Of a stretch of 64,000 bases of DNA, positions 8,230-17,313 are shown in pieces. This DNA comes from Sumerlaeia bacterium (GTDB lineage: Bacteria > Sumerlaeota > Sumerlaeia > SLMS01 > JAHLLQ01): the NCBI GenBank assembly GCA_040219255.1, contig JAVJSW010000011.1, positions 1 through 64,000 on the forward strand. Direction: 5' to 3'. Position numbers and translations under genes: made by a program. The notes below the pieces were generated by a model. It saw only the letters and a program-made list of their open reading frames with translations. It did no database searches and had not been told where the DNA came from. How positions within the stretch are numbered: position 1 is the stretch's first letter; each line of letters starts with the position of its first letter.

Positions 8230-10818
8230 ATGGGAGAGATCTTGACCGATTATCTACGATGGTTCCTTTGCGCCGCAGGCGTGTTCGTTTCCATACGCGT
8301 CGGAGCCATGGCGCCGCCGGTGGTTCTTGGACCCGCCGGCGCGAAAATCGTCCACTCCTATACGGAGGAACCGGAAGCGGCTTTTTCTCCGGCACCGGGC
8401 CGGACCTTGCCGGACAGGGCGGCTCCGCTTCCAGCCAGGGTTTACACAGGATACGGACCCGCGGAATTCCGCCTGCGCATCGATGGCGTGGAAGGGGACA
8501 CTTCCGACCCCCTTTTCCTGCATTACGCCGCCTCGCCGGTCGAACTGGCCGGACGAGGCGCTCGCGAGACCGCTTCCCTGGCGATATACGAACTGCGGGC
8601 CGGAGGGGTTCTGATCGACCGGGGTTTGATGAATCCCAATTTGCCCGGACAGAGCGGGACCTGGGTTCTCCTGAGCGGAAAGCCGGTTCTCCCTTCCCCG
8701 GGCGTCGCCGTGGAACTGCGCGTCTTTCTGCCTTCCTTCGAAGGTGCCGGAGAATTCGGTTACGGCACGCTCTATGCCGGCGGATTCTACCTGAGCCCAC
8801 GGCCAGAGGGAACTCTTTCTCCACCGGCGATGATGGATTTGGCGCGGGGCCTTCCAGACATGGCGCGCGCTTTGGAAGAGCGCTTGGCGGAAAGCACCGA
8901 CCGGGCCACCGGCGAAAATGATCTCGACGCTCTCGCTCTTGCCGATTTGATAGCCTACCGTCTCATGGAGGAGGAGGGAGTGCTTGGCCTCGACGTTCTC
9001 GAACGGCATCCGATCATGGGCCAGGCGTATCGCTCGGCCACCGGGGAGCGCACCCTTCCTTTGCCTTTCTCGATCGATAGGGGAGTAGCCCGGGTCAGCG
9101 AAACGGACGAGTTGACCTTTGGAGTTCATCCGTCCCTGCTGCTGGGGTTCATGAGGACGGGGGTTGCGGAGGCCGCCAGCGATTCGGGCGAAGCGGCTCA
9201 CCCAGCCATCGCCCGGGTCATACCCGCTTCCCCTGCCGGTGAGATCTCGGGCGCCTGCTGTGACCCCGCCTTTCCAGAGAGCGAGCGGGAGATGCGGCGC
9301 GGTCTGAGAGCGGCCGTGCTGGCAATGGACGAATCCACTTTGAGGGAGTTGGGACAACAGGCCGCCGGGAATCCAAACGGAGCCCTGGCACGGGCCATGG
9401 GCGAGGAAAGCCTCTGGCTCTGGGCCGCGTTCCCCAATCGGCTCCCTGTTCTCGAGTCCTTTCGGGAAGGCGCCGAGTCGGCAGCCGTGGAAACGCCGCT
9501 GGGCCGCATGCTCGCCGTGATGGAACCAGGCTTCATTTCGCCCTTGGAAGCCAGCCAGCGCGTGGCTCGGGTACGGTCCGAGGTCATCGAAGCGGGAGAT
9601 GGCCGATCCGGCGGGGAATGCGCGGACGCGGGCTCTCGGCTCCGCATTTGGCGTGCTACCGCCGACTTGGCGCGAACGATCGAGGAAGCGAGAACCCTCG
9701 GCGCGGGCGACCTGGTGGCCACCGCGCAACCGGCGGTCAGCACGCTCTGGACTGATTTCGCAAGCCCGGCCGGTGCCTCCATTCCAGCGCCTCTTCCCTT
9801 ATTGCTCATGGTACGCGCCGCTCTCCAGACGGATTTGGCAGAACGTTTTTCCCGCGACAGTTTGTCCACCGAGCAAGGAGGATACGTGGCGAGCCGCCGG
9901 CTGGCCGCCTTCCGGTCGCTCTTTCTGCACTTGATCGAATCGGAACGGGAAGCGGGCTGCGCCGGCCAACACCTGGGACAGACTTGGGAACGGCTCGCCT
10001 CCTTGGCGCTTCTCGAAGCCCTTCGGGATCTGCAAGCCGCGCTTGCCGGCGAAAACCCAGAAGCCTTTCACCGCTATGCGGCCTACCTGGAAAAAGAGCT
10101 TCCAGTCTTCGTGGAGCACCGCGAGCTGGAGGAGGCCTCCGCCTGGCTGGACCAAGAAGTCAGCCCCCGGCTGGCTTCCCTGCCGGCCGAGCGCGTCGCC
10201 GCCTATCATGCCCATCGCGCCCGTCTGCTGCAAAACATCAAAGGATCGAACGACGCGGTTCGCGAGAACCTGGAACGAGTGGCGGAAATTCAACCCGGAA
10301 CCCAGTTGGCCTTCGAGTCCCTGACCCGCCTCTCCGAACTCTACAAGGAATCTTGGGACTTGCCGGAAGAAGCGATCGAGGTGCAGCGGGAAATCGCCGA
10401 ACAATTCGCCGGCGAGAGCAGGGGGTGGAGCGCCGCGTTCAATGTGGCGAAGTTCAATTACGAAGAGAAGAAATACGAACGCGCCCTCTATGAATTGACC
10501 GTACTTGGGGAAACTCTTCCCGAGGCCTACGACCGGCAACCCATCCACCTGCTCAGCGGCATGAGCTATCTGGCGCTCAGCGACATGGAATCGGCGCGCA
10601 ATCAGTTCGCGCGAGTCGTCAACGCCGGCGACGACACGCGGCGCGAGCAGGCCCTCTACCTGATGGCCTACACGCACATCGTCGAGCAGGATTACGATCG
10701 AGCGGTGCAACCGCTCAACGACTTGCTCATGCTCTATCCCAACGGCCAATACGAGCGGCAGGCCAGGCAGTGGCTTTCCCGCTTCGAGGCCTCTGCCGGG
10801 GCGGCGGCGGTACAATGA
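8230..10818 (+). CDS. large secreted protein with C-terminal tetratricopeptide repeats
   Basis: 922-aa ORF. Hydrophobic signal-like N-terminus if started at 8230. C-terminal helical repeats (ALYLMAYTHIVEQDYDRAVQPLNDLLMLYPNGQY) resemble CpoB/BamD-type TPRs. ATGA-coupled to the next gene. Confidence 0.7.
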   Translation: MGEILTDYLRWFLCAAGVFVSIRVGAMAPPVVLGPAGAKIVHSYTEEPEAAFSPAPGRTLPDRAAPLPARVYTGYGPAEFRLRIDGVEGDTSDPLFLHYAASPVELAGRGARETASLAIYELRAGGVLIDRGLMNPNLPGQSGTWVLLSGKPVLPSPGVAVELRVFLPSFEGAGEFGYGTLYAGGFYLSPRPEGTLSPPAMMDLARGLPDMARALEERLAESTDRATGENDLDALALADLIAYRLMEEEGVLGLDVLERHPIMGQAYRSATGERTLPLPFSIDRGVARVSETDELTFGVHPSLLLGFMRTGVAEAASDSGEAAHPAIARVIPASPAGEISGACCDPAFPESEREMRRGLRAAVLAMDESTLRELGQQAAGNPNGALARAMGEESLWLWAAFPNRLPVLESFREGAESAAVETPLGRMLAVMEPGFISPLEASQRVARVRSEVIEAGDGRSGGECADAGSRLRIWRATADLARTIEEARTLGAGDLVATAQPAVSTLWTDFASPAGASIPAPLPLLLMVRAALQTDLAERFSRDSLSTEQGGYVASRRLAAFRSLFLHLIESEREAGCAGQHLGQTWERLASLALLEALRDLQAALAGENPEAFHRYAAYLEKELPVFVEHRELEEASAWLDQEVSPRLASLPAERVAAYHAHRARLLQNIKGSNDAVRENLERVAEIQPGTQLAFESLTRLSELYKESWDLPEEAIEVQREIAEQFAGESRGWSAAFNVAKFNYEEKKYERALYELTVLGETLPEAYDRQPIHLLSGMSYLALSDMESARNQFARVVNAGDDTRREQALYLMAYTHIVEQDYDRAVQPLNDLLMLYPNGQYERQARQWLSRFEASAGAAAVQ

Positions 10819-13142
10819 ATCGGACCGGTTTCGCCGCCGCGTTTTGGGTCGTTCTCCTCACGGCGCCCCTGCTGGCTCGGGCGCCGGTGCGTTTGTGGGT
10901 GGAAGCGGAGGGCTTCACGACTTCGACCGAGACCGTTCGGACCGGCGCGGCGGCCTTTCTGACATCCACCACGCCCCTTGAAGAATCCTATCAGCGCGGT
11001 CTCGAGTCCGCATCTCAAGTGGTGCTGAACCAAGAAGAAGGCCAGCGGATTTCCGGCGAACGATACATCTGGAATTACGAGTCCCTTTCCGCTTTCAACG
11101 AAGGCCAGCGCCGTGGCGACGCCCCGATGAGCCTCGCCTACACGGTTTCCGTTCCCCAGGACGACGATTATTACCTCTGGGTTCGCCTCAGCAATCCTCC
11201 GCCCTGTTACTCCCATTTCGGAGCATGGTTCGGCGACGCCGATCCCGGGGAAGGCATGGACCTCCTCAGCGGCACCGTCGCGGTCTGGGTTTGGTGGGGT
11301 TGGGGGACGAACTACAACGATGGCGAAATGGTTCCCTTTCGCCTGACCGCGGGCGAGCACACCCTCCGTTTCGGCTATGCCAAGGGCCCGGTGCGCCTCG
11401 ACAAGTTCCTTCTCACCAACGATCCCGCCTACGTTCCCTTCGGAGCGGGAACAAGCCACTATACCCGAACCTTCGAACCCTCACACTGGAGCGCCTCCGG
11501 CCACGGTCACGGAGAGATGTTGCCGGCCTCCGACTCCGGCTGGCTCGCTGATCCACGGGCGCGATGGCGTGTCGAACAGGACGCCGCCAAGGGCAATCAC
11601 CTCTACGCCGTTCAGCCCACGGCCAATGACCAGAACCCGGACCTGGCGGTTTCCCTTGTGGAAGGACTGCAGCGCGATCTTCTCGAGGCGCGCGTTTCCA
11701 TCGAACGCCTTTCCGCAGACGCCCTGGTGCTTTTCGGATGGAACGGCCCAGACGACTTTGACGGGGTCCGGATCGAGAATGGCCGGGTCGACCTCGTGAC
11801 GGTCCGGCCCGCCGCCGGAGAACGGGTCCTGGCAACAGCTCCGGTTCCAGGGGGCGAGACCGGGCGGCTCCGGCTGAAAATCCAGCGCGACCGCACCGAA
11901 GTCCGTGTTTTCGCCGATGGTCAGAAGATCATTTCCCTGCCCGGCGCCTTTCCGCGCCGCGGAGGCGCAGGCCTGGCAAGCCAAGGGGGTGGCGTCGCTT
12001 TCGATGACGCCTCCTTCGAGCCGTTGGCGAACAGTTCCGCTTCCTTCTCGCTTCAGCCGCTCGATGCCGCCGCAAAGGAGAATCTTCGGACTTTGAAGGG
12101 AGAACCGCTCTCCCAATCCTTGCCCGCCGATGGGACCCTACTGATCTACCAGGCTCCCGCCTGCTCCGATTGCGAATTGACCATCCCACTCCAGGATGAG
12201 CAGTCCGCCAATGAGGAGGAAGAGTTCGACATCCTCTTCCCCTACATGAGTCCCCAGGCGCACCTGACCCTTCGCGTCCGGCGCGGCGTCGGCTCGGTCC
12301 TCCTGACCGATGCCAAAGGCATCGAACTCGCCTCGGCCACGTGGCCCGACAATGGACGCGAGGCCCTCATTCGTTACGCCAATGGGGTGTACTCCCTGTT
12401 TGTGGACGGAGCCAATCTGCTGGAATGGAATGACTACGAAGGCATGGGGGCGGGAACCTTCGCGTTCTCGGCGAAGACTTCGGGAACCTTTCCAATTCGG
12501 AGCCTCAAATTAGAGCCGAGCCAGACCTTCGGCGACAACTTCGTGCTCACCGCCACCGCCAAACCAGGGCCCCAATGGACCGAGGTCGAGGGGCAATGGC
12601 GGGTCGTCCCAGCCAGCCAAAGCGGCGCTGACAATCGCGATGGTCAATTGGTCGCGACACAGCCCGGATTCCTGGAAATGGGCGAGGCGGATTGGCTGGC
12701 CGTTCAGTTGCAGACTTACCTGCTGCTGGATCAAAGCACAAAGGCAGGCTTCGCGGTTCAATCGCGCCCGGAAGAGGGAAAACGCCTGGAGGTCCTGATC
12801 TCCCCGACGGAATTTCTGCTCCAATATCTGATGCCCGATGGCAGCCGGTTGACCCACCTCGGCGGCCCCCTCGGCCCCCTTGATTCCGGATGGCACCGCC
12901 TCGCGTTCTCCGTGGCGGAAAACGGCGCGGCGCTCCTCGCGGTCGACGACCAGGTCGTCCTCCGCACGCAGCTCAATCCCTCGCCCGGAGCCGTCGGACT
13001 CGTCAGCGCCATTGGCGTCGCTGTTTTCGACAACAGCAGCTTCAGCGTTCTCGCCCGGTCCGTTGTATCGGAACGCGGGGAGGGGGAAAAGCAACTTCCC
13101 CTTCCCCTCCATATCGACCTCGATTCCATTCAACTTCAATAA
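10815..13142 (+). CDS. secreted multi-beta-sandwich protein (CBM6/35-like domain plus LamG/DUF1080-like domains)
   Basis: Signal peptide MNRTGFAAAFWVVLL; WVEAEG...YYLWVR...LTAGEHTL...LDKFLLTNDP jelly-roll; later GAGL...VAFDD and GAVGL...AVFDN domain ends. Confidence 0.7.
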   Translation: MNRTGFAAAFWVVLLTAPLLARAPVRLWVEAEGFTTSTETVRTGAAAFLTSTTPLEESYQRGLESASQVVLNQEEGQRISGERYIWNYESLSAFNEGQRRGDAPMSLAYTVSVPQDDDYYLWVRLSNPPPCYSHFGAWFGDADPGEGMDLLSGTVAVWVWWGWGTNYNDGEMVPFRLTAGEHTLRFGYAKGPVRLDKFLLTNDPAYVPFGAGTSHYTRTFEPSHWSASGHGHGEMLPASDSGWLADPRARWRVEQDAAKGNHLYAVQPTANDQNPDLAVSLVEGLQRDLLEARVSIERLSADALVLFGWNGPDDFDGVRIENGRVDLVTVRPAAGERVLATAPVPGGETGRLRLKIQRDRTEVRVFADGQKIISLPGAFPRRGGAGLASQGGGVAFDDASFEPLANSSASFSLQPLDAAAKENLRTLKGEPLSQSLPADGTLLIYQAPACSDCELTIPLQDEQSANEEEEFDILFPYMSPQAHLTLRVRRGVGSVLLTDAKGIELASATWPDNGREALIRYANGVYSLFVDGANLLEWNDYEGMGAGTFAFSAKTSGTFPIRSLKLEPSQTFGDNFVLTATAKPGPQWTEVEGQWRVVPASQSGADNRDGQLVATQPGFLEMGEADWLAVQLQTYLLLDQSTKAGFAVQSRPEEGKRLEVLISPTEFLLQYLMPDGSRLTHLGGPLGPLDSGWHRLAFSVAENGAALLAVDDQVVLRTQLNPSPGAVGLVSAIGVAVFDNSSFSVLARSVVSERGEGEKQLPLPLHIDLDSIQLQ

Positions 13143-13152
13143 GGTTTGCTCG

Positions 13153-14709
13153 ATGATGAAAAGTATCAACGCGTTACACTTGGCCGGCCCGCTTTGCTGC
13201 GCGGTTTTTTGCGCTCGCCTCGTCTCGGCGGAGGTGACCTTCACCGTCTCTCCCGAAGACATGCCTTTCGAGGAGAAGGCCGACTTCGTCTCCGTCTCCG
13301 GGACTTTCAACAATTGGGATCATTATGGCAGCCGGCTGGAATTCGACGGGGAAAAGTACACCGGCTCCTTCGATATTCCAGACGGAGAATACGCCTACAA
13401 GATCTATGCGAACGGGCCCTATGAAACCTGGTTCGCCGACCCGAATTCCCTGGCGAACAACGTCGCCGCCGATTTCGGCATGGAGAGCAAACTCTTCGTG
13501 AAGGATGGCCAGGCGGTTGTGCCGAGTGGTCAGTCGGGATGGCAAGCGATCCAGCTCGACGCGCCGGAAGCCACGAACGTGGAACTGATGATCATCAGCT
13601 ATCAGAACGTCGAACCCGCCATCACCATGCGCAAGAATGCCGAAGGCGTCTGGGAATCGTGGCTAAGCCACGAGCGCGAAGACTTCGTTTACAACATTTT
13701 CCGGGACAATCAAGCCGTTCACGAGGAATGGCTGGGGCCCGATGGCAAGCCGACCAAACCGCAGGTCTACTCCGGTCAGCGCATGATGCCCTTCCGCCTC
13801 GACCTCGATCGGGTGGATCGGGTCACCGACCCCGGCGATGTGCGTCTCGTCACCGTGCGCGGCACCTTCAACTCCTGGCACCAGAGCGAAGGCCTTATCC
13901 CCCGCGTCGGCGAATCGGCCTTCGAAGGCAGCCTGCCGGTTTACGATGGCGAGCAGGCCTACAAATTCGTCGCCGTCCGCCAGGACGGACGTCTCATTCA
14001 CATCCCCGATCCAGCCGTCAACACCTACGCCCTCGACGGTTACGGGGCGGTCAATACCCTGATCGAGGCCAAGGAAGGCAAGGTCACCAAACCCGAGGGC
14101 ACTACCGCCTTCCGCCTGCGCGCCCCGAAAGCCGACGCCGTCTTCCTGACCGGCGACTTCATCGATTGGCGCCCGGACGCCGTGCCCATGCGCCGAGGGG
14201 AAGAAGAAGGCATCTGGGAAGCGCACCTGCGCGTCGAACCCCCGTACCGGTACCGCTTCGTTCTCGATGGCCGGCCAGTCCTCGACACGTCCTCCGAAGC
14301 GCGCGTCGAAATCGATCCGGATCACGGGCCGGTCAACGTCAGCGCCGCCGCCGAGTCTCTTCGTGGCCAGCGCGAAGTGCAAGAGCGGGAAGGCTTCGCG
14401 CGCTCGGCGGTGAACACCGGCGAAGTGACTCTCTCGCCCGACCCGCCCCGCAAAGGCCAGCCTCTCACCATCACCTACGCTCCCAAGACCGGCCCCCTCA
14501 TGGAGGTGAAAGAGATCATGCTCTACTGGGGCTACGACGACTTCCAGGATGAGCGATTGGTCGAAGGAGAGAAGAACGAAAACGGCATCTGGGAATATTC
14601 CGTTACCGTTCCGCCGCAAGCCACGGAAATCAATTTCGTCTTCAATGGCACCGGCGGAAAGTGGGACAATCGCGGAACCCTGGATTGGACCTACCCGGTC
14701 GAAGAATAA
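13153..14709 (+). CDS. secreted tandem glycogen/starch-binding module protein (CBM48-like x4 plus CBM53/25-like)
   Basis: Repeats VSVSGTFNNW..YAYK, VTVRGTFNSW..AYKF, VFLTGDFIDW..YRYRFVLDG, plus one degenerate copy; C-terminal ITY..LYWGY..INFVFN..WDN; no catalytic domain recognised. Confidence 0.8.
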   Translation: MMKSINALHLAGPLCCAVFCARLVSAEVTFTVSPEDMPFEEKADFVSVSGTFNNWDHYGSRLEFDGEKYTGSFDIPDGEYAYKIYANGPYETWFADPNSLANNVAADFGMESKLFVKDGQAVVPSGQSGWQAIQLDAPEATNVELMIISYQNVEPAITMRKNAEGVWESWLSHEREDFVYNIFRDNQAVHEEWLGPDGKPTKPQVYSGQRMMPFRLDLDRVDRVTDPGDVRLVTVRGTFNSWHQSEGLIPRVGESAFEGSLPVYDGEQAYKFVAVRQDGRLIHIPDPAVNTYALDGYGAVNTLIEAKEGKVTKPEGTTAFRLRAPKADAVFLTGDFIDWRPDAVPMRRGEEEGIWEAHLRVEPPYRYRFVLDGRPVLDTSSEARVEIDPDHGPVNVSAAAESLRGQREVQEREGFARSAVNTGEVTLSPDPPRKGQPLTITYAPKTGPLMEVKEIMLYWGYDDFQDERLVEGEKNENGIWEYSVTVPPQATEINFVFNGTGGKWDNRGTLDWTYPVEE

Positions 14710-14775
14710 GCGCCGGCAAAGGCACCGGTTGACGCGATACGGCGAAGCCGCCAATCGTCTTCGCGGGTCCGCAGC

Positions 14776-15177
14776 ATGAAACGCATCCGTCTCCAGCACC
14801 GCGAAGTCGCCAGAGGCTATCTCCTCATCGAGGTTGCCCTCGCCACGCTTTTTATCTCGGTGGCCCTCGTGGCGCTCTACCGGTCGCTGGAAACATCCCT
14901 GGAAGCCCACCGCGCGGTCGAGTTTCAGCGCTATGCACAGGCGTTGGCGGATGACCGCATCGCCCGCGCGCGGGCGGATGGCTCCTATCGCGAGGGCCAG
15001 GAATCTGGGGCCTCGGGTGAAAACGACGCCTGGCAATGGACCGTCACGACCACGGCACTGCCCGTGCCGCGCACCTTTCGGCTTGAAATCGAAATCGCTA
15101 ACGCGAGCGGCGACAACTATCGGCGCGTAGTCTACCTGAGCCAGCACGCCCCGCAGGAGGGCGGCGGTGGCATCTAG
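14776..15177 (+). CDS. minor pseudopilin, GspI-like
   Basis: Prepilin cleavage motif RG|YLLIEVALA followed by a hydrophobic helix; 133 aa. Confidence 0.75.
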   Translation: MKRIRLQHREVARGYLLIEVALATLFISVALVALYRSLETSLEAHRAVEFQRYAQALADDRIARARADGSYREGQESGASGENDAWQWTVTTTALPVPRTFRLEIEIANASGDNYRRVVYLSQHAPQEGGGGI

Positions 15178-15790
15178 CATGAATCGCGGCGGCCGGGCCT
15201 TCACGTTGGTCGAACTGACGGTGACACTGGTCATCTTCTCCGTCATCGCTCTGGTTGGTGCGCGGGCTCTCTCGACCGCCTTCGAGGTCGACCGGGCGGT
15301 GGGCGCGCGGGCTCAACAGGGCCGCTCCCTGGTACTGCTGCGAGAACTCATCGCGGCCGATTGCGCCGCCTTGACCGCGCCCTCGCCAATCCCCGATTTG
15401 CCCTCATTTACCGAGGGCGTCTCCTCCGAAACGGGCGGCAAAGTCGTTCAGTTCGTGACACATCTACCTCCGCTGGCGGCGGATACCACGGCTCCGCTGC
15501 AAGCCATCTGCTGTATCGTCCAATACGAGACGGTCAAGGTCCCCCCCCTGGACCGGCTCATGGTAACCCGGTCGGTGATGTACTTGCTTCTCGACGGTAC
15601 AACGACGGAGCGCGAGTCATCCTTGATGGCGCGGGACCTGACGGTTTTTCGCATCGCTCCGGGGCAAACTTCCGAAAGTGGCTTGCCAAAGAGCGTCATG
15701 ATCGAACTGGCGTTCGAAACGAGCGAGCGGCAAACGATAGAGTACGCCTGGAGCGAACCCGTGTTCGTTCGTGAAGAGGAAAAAGAATGA
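15167..15790 (+). CDS. minor pseudopilin, GspJ-like
   Basis: RA|FTLVELTVTLVIF motif; follows the GspI-like gene; start may be 15179. Confidence 0.8.
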   Translation: MASSMNRGGRAFTLVELTVTLVIFSVIALVGARALSTAFEVDRAVGARAQQGRSLVLLRELIAADCAALTAPSPIPDLPSFTEGVSSETGGKVVQFVTHLPPLAADTTAPLQAICCIVQYETVKVPPLDRLMVTRSVMYLLLDGTTTERESSLMARDLTVFRIAPGQTSESGLPKSVMIELAFETSERQTIEYAWSEPVFVREEEKE

Positions 15791-16314
15791 CGAAAAATTC
15801 AAGAATGGCGCAACGATTTCGAAGGGCTGGCTTGGCGATCATTCTGCTCTCTGCTGCCGGGGCATTCCTGTCCGGTTGCTCCGAATCGCCCCCGGCGGCC
15901 GAGCAGCCCGCAGAATCCGCCGCGGCCAAACCGCAGTCGGCGAACAGCCCATTCGGTGCTTACACTTCGGCCAAAGGGGAGTCCTTCGACCTGAGTCAGG
16001 GAGAGCATCTCGTCGCCTTCTTGTCCATGTCCTGCGACCACTGCCAGGCAGCCGTTCCCCAGCTCGAACTCCTGCACGACGCTCTGGCCCCTGAGGTTCC
16101 CGTGGTGGGGCTATGCCTCGGCAGCGAGGAGGCCCTGGGCGAATTTCGAGCCCTCACCGGCGCCACCATTCCCCTCATTCGCCTCGAACCCATCGAATTC
16201 TTTTCCTTCATCGGCGATGCCCCGCCCCGGTTCGTTTTCGTCCGCGAAGGAGAAGTGCGGAAAACCTGGGATGAGACGCCTCCAACCCTGGAAGCGTTCT
16301 TCGAGGCTCTCTAA
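15787..16314 (+). CDS. thioredoxin-fold CxxC lipoprotein (TlpA-like)
   Basis: Lipobox FLSGC, CDHC active-site motif, proline loop APPRFVFV. Confidence 0.75.
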   Translation: MTKNSRMAQRFRRAGLAIILLSAAGAFLSGCSESPPAAEQPAESAAAKPQSANSPFGAYTSAKGESFDLSQGEHLVAFLSMSCDHCQAAVPQLELLHDALAPEVPVVGLCLGSEEALGEFRALTGATIPLIRLEPIEFFSFIGDAPPRFVFVREGEVRKTWDETPPTLEAFFEAL

Positions 16315-16317
16315 TCC

Positions 16318-17313
16318 GTGTGCGAAATTTCCTCCGGAACCGAGTGGTTCGAGTGGCGAGCGGCCAGGCAAAACGAAATCGAGCGATGGCGCGAGCTGGC
16401 CGGCCCGGATTGGCCATTCTTCCTCGGTCCCGCTTGGTCTCATGCTCTGGCGGCGGGGCTGGGCCATGATATCCGGCTTTGCGGGATGGCCGAGAAGGGC
16501 GGCGGCCCGGTGGCTTGCGCCGCGCTCATCCGGGTCGGCACCCGTCTCGGTGGCCTTCTCAAGGTCGCGCGCAAGCCCTGGAGCACCGCCTACAGCGGCC
16601 CCTATCTGTTCCCCGGCCGGCCTGAATCGGTTCTCGCCCATTTCCTGCGCGAACTCCAGCGGCGTTACCTCGCCGTGCGAGTGGTTCCTTCGCCCTTCGC
16701 AGAACTAGGGGCGAATCCCCGCGAAGCGCCCTCGGGTTGGTTCGCGGCGACCTCGCACACCGGCGTTCTCGATCTCAGCCAGGGGACCGGCGAGCTTTGG
16801 GAGAGCTTCGACAAGAGAGCCCGGCAGCGAGTTCGCAAGGCCGAAAAGCTCGGCGTGACCGTCGCTCCCGGCCGCTGTCCAGACGTCTTCGCCAGGCTCT
16901 ACCGGACCATCTACGAACACAAGGAACTGGCCTTTGGGATCGAGGAACGGGACGTGGCGCGAACGGTCCGGTTGCTGGCCGAGAACGGGGCGGCGGAGGT
17001 CTGGATCGCTCGAACAGCCGAGGATGAGCCGGCGGCGGGATTGGTGGTGGGGCGCGACACCGGCCGCGCCTACTTCCTCCTGGCCGGTTCCCATCCCGAA
17101 CTCCGAAAAACGGATGCGATGACCCTGCTTTGGTGGACGGTACTCCGCGAATTGGCGGCTCAGCGGGTCGGCCAAGTCGATCTGGTGGGAATGGATGAGG
17201 AGGCGGTCGCTCGGTTCAAGCGGTCCTTTTCCCCCCAGACGCTGTCTTACCCCTCCTGGGAAACCACGGCGTGGAATCGGGCCGGGCGGCTGCTTTCGAG
17301 GGCACGCCAGTAA
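16318..17313 (+). CDS. FemABX-like/CelD-BcsL GNAT-fold protein
   Basis: LDLS...LWESFDKRARQRVRKAEKLGV, YFLLAGS...LLWW, DLVG...RFKRSF pattern. Confidence 0.8.
   Translation: MCEISSGTEWFEWRAARQNEIERWRELAGPDWPFFLGPAWSHALAAGLGHDIRLCGMAEKGGGPVACAALIRVGTRLGGLLKVARKPWSTAYSGPYLFPGRPESVLAHFLRELQRRYLAVRVVPSPFAELGANPREAPSGWFAATSHTGVLDLSQGTGELWESFDKRARQRVRKAEKLGVTVAPGRCPDVFARLYRTIYEHKELAFGIEERDVARTVRLLAENGAAEVWIARTAEDEPAAGLVVGRDTGRAYFLLAGSHPELRKTDAMTLLWWTVLRELAAQRVGQVDLVGMDEEAVARFKRSFSPQTLSYPSWETTAWNRAGRLLSRARQ

Noticed and set aside
7670-8230. attL-type duplicate of the tRNA-Ala 3' end, or an integrase, at the left edge of the T2SS locus
   Set aside because: No match to TGGTGGAGCGAAGG found by eye and no recombinase ORF
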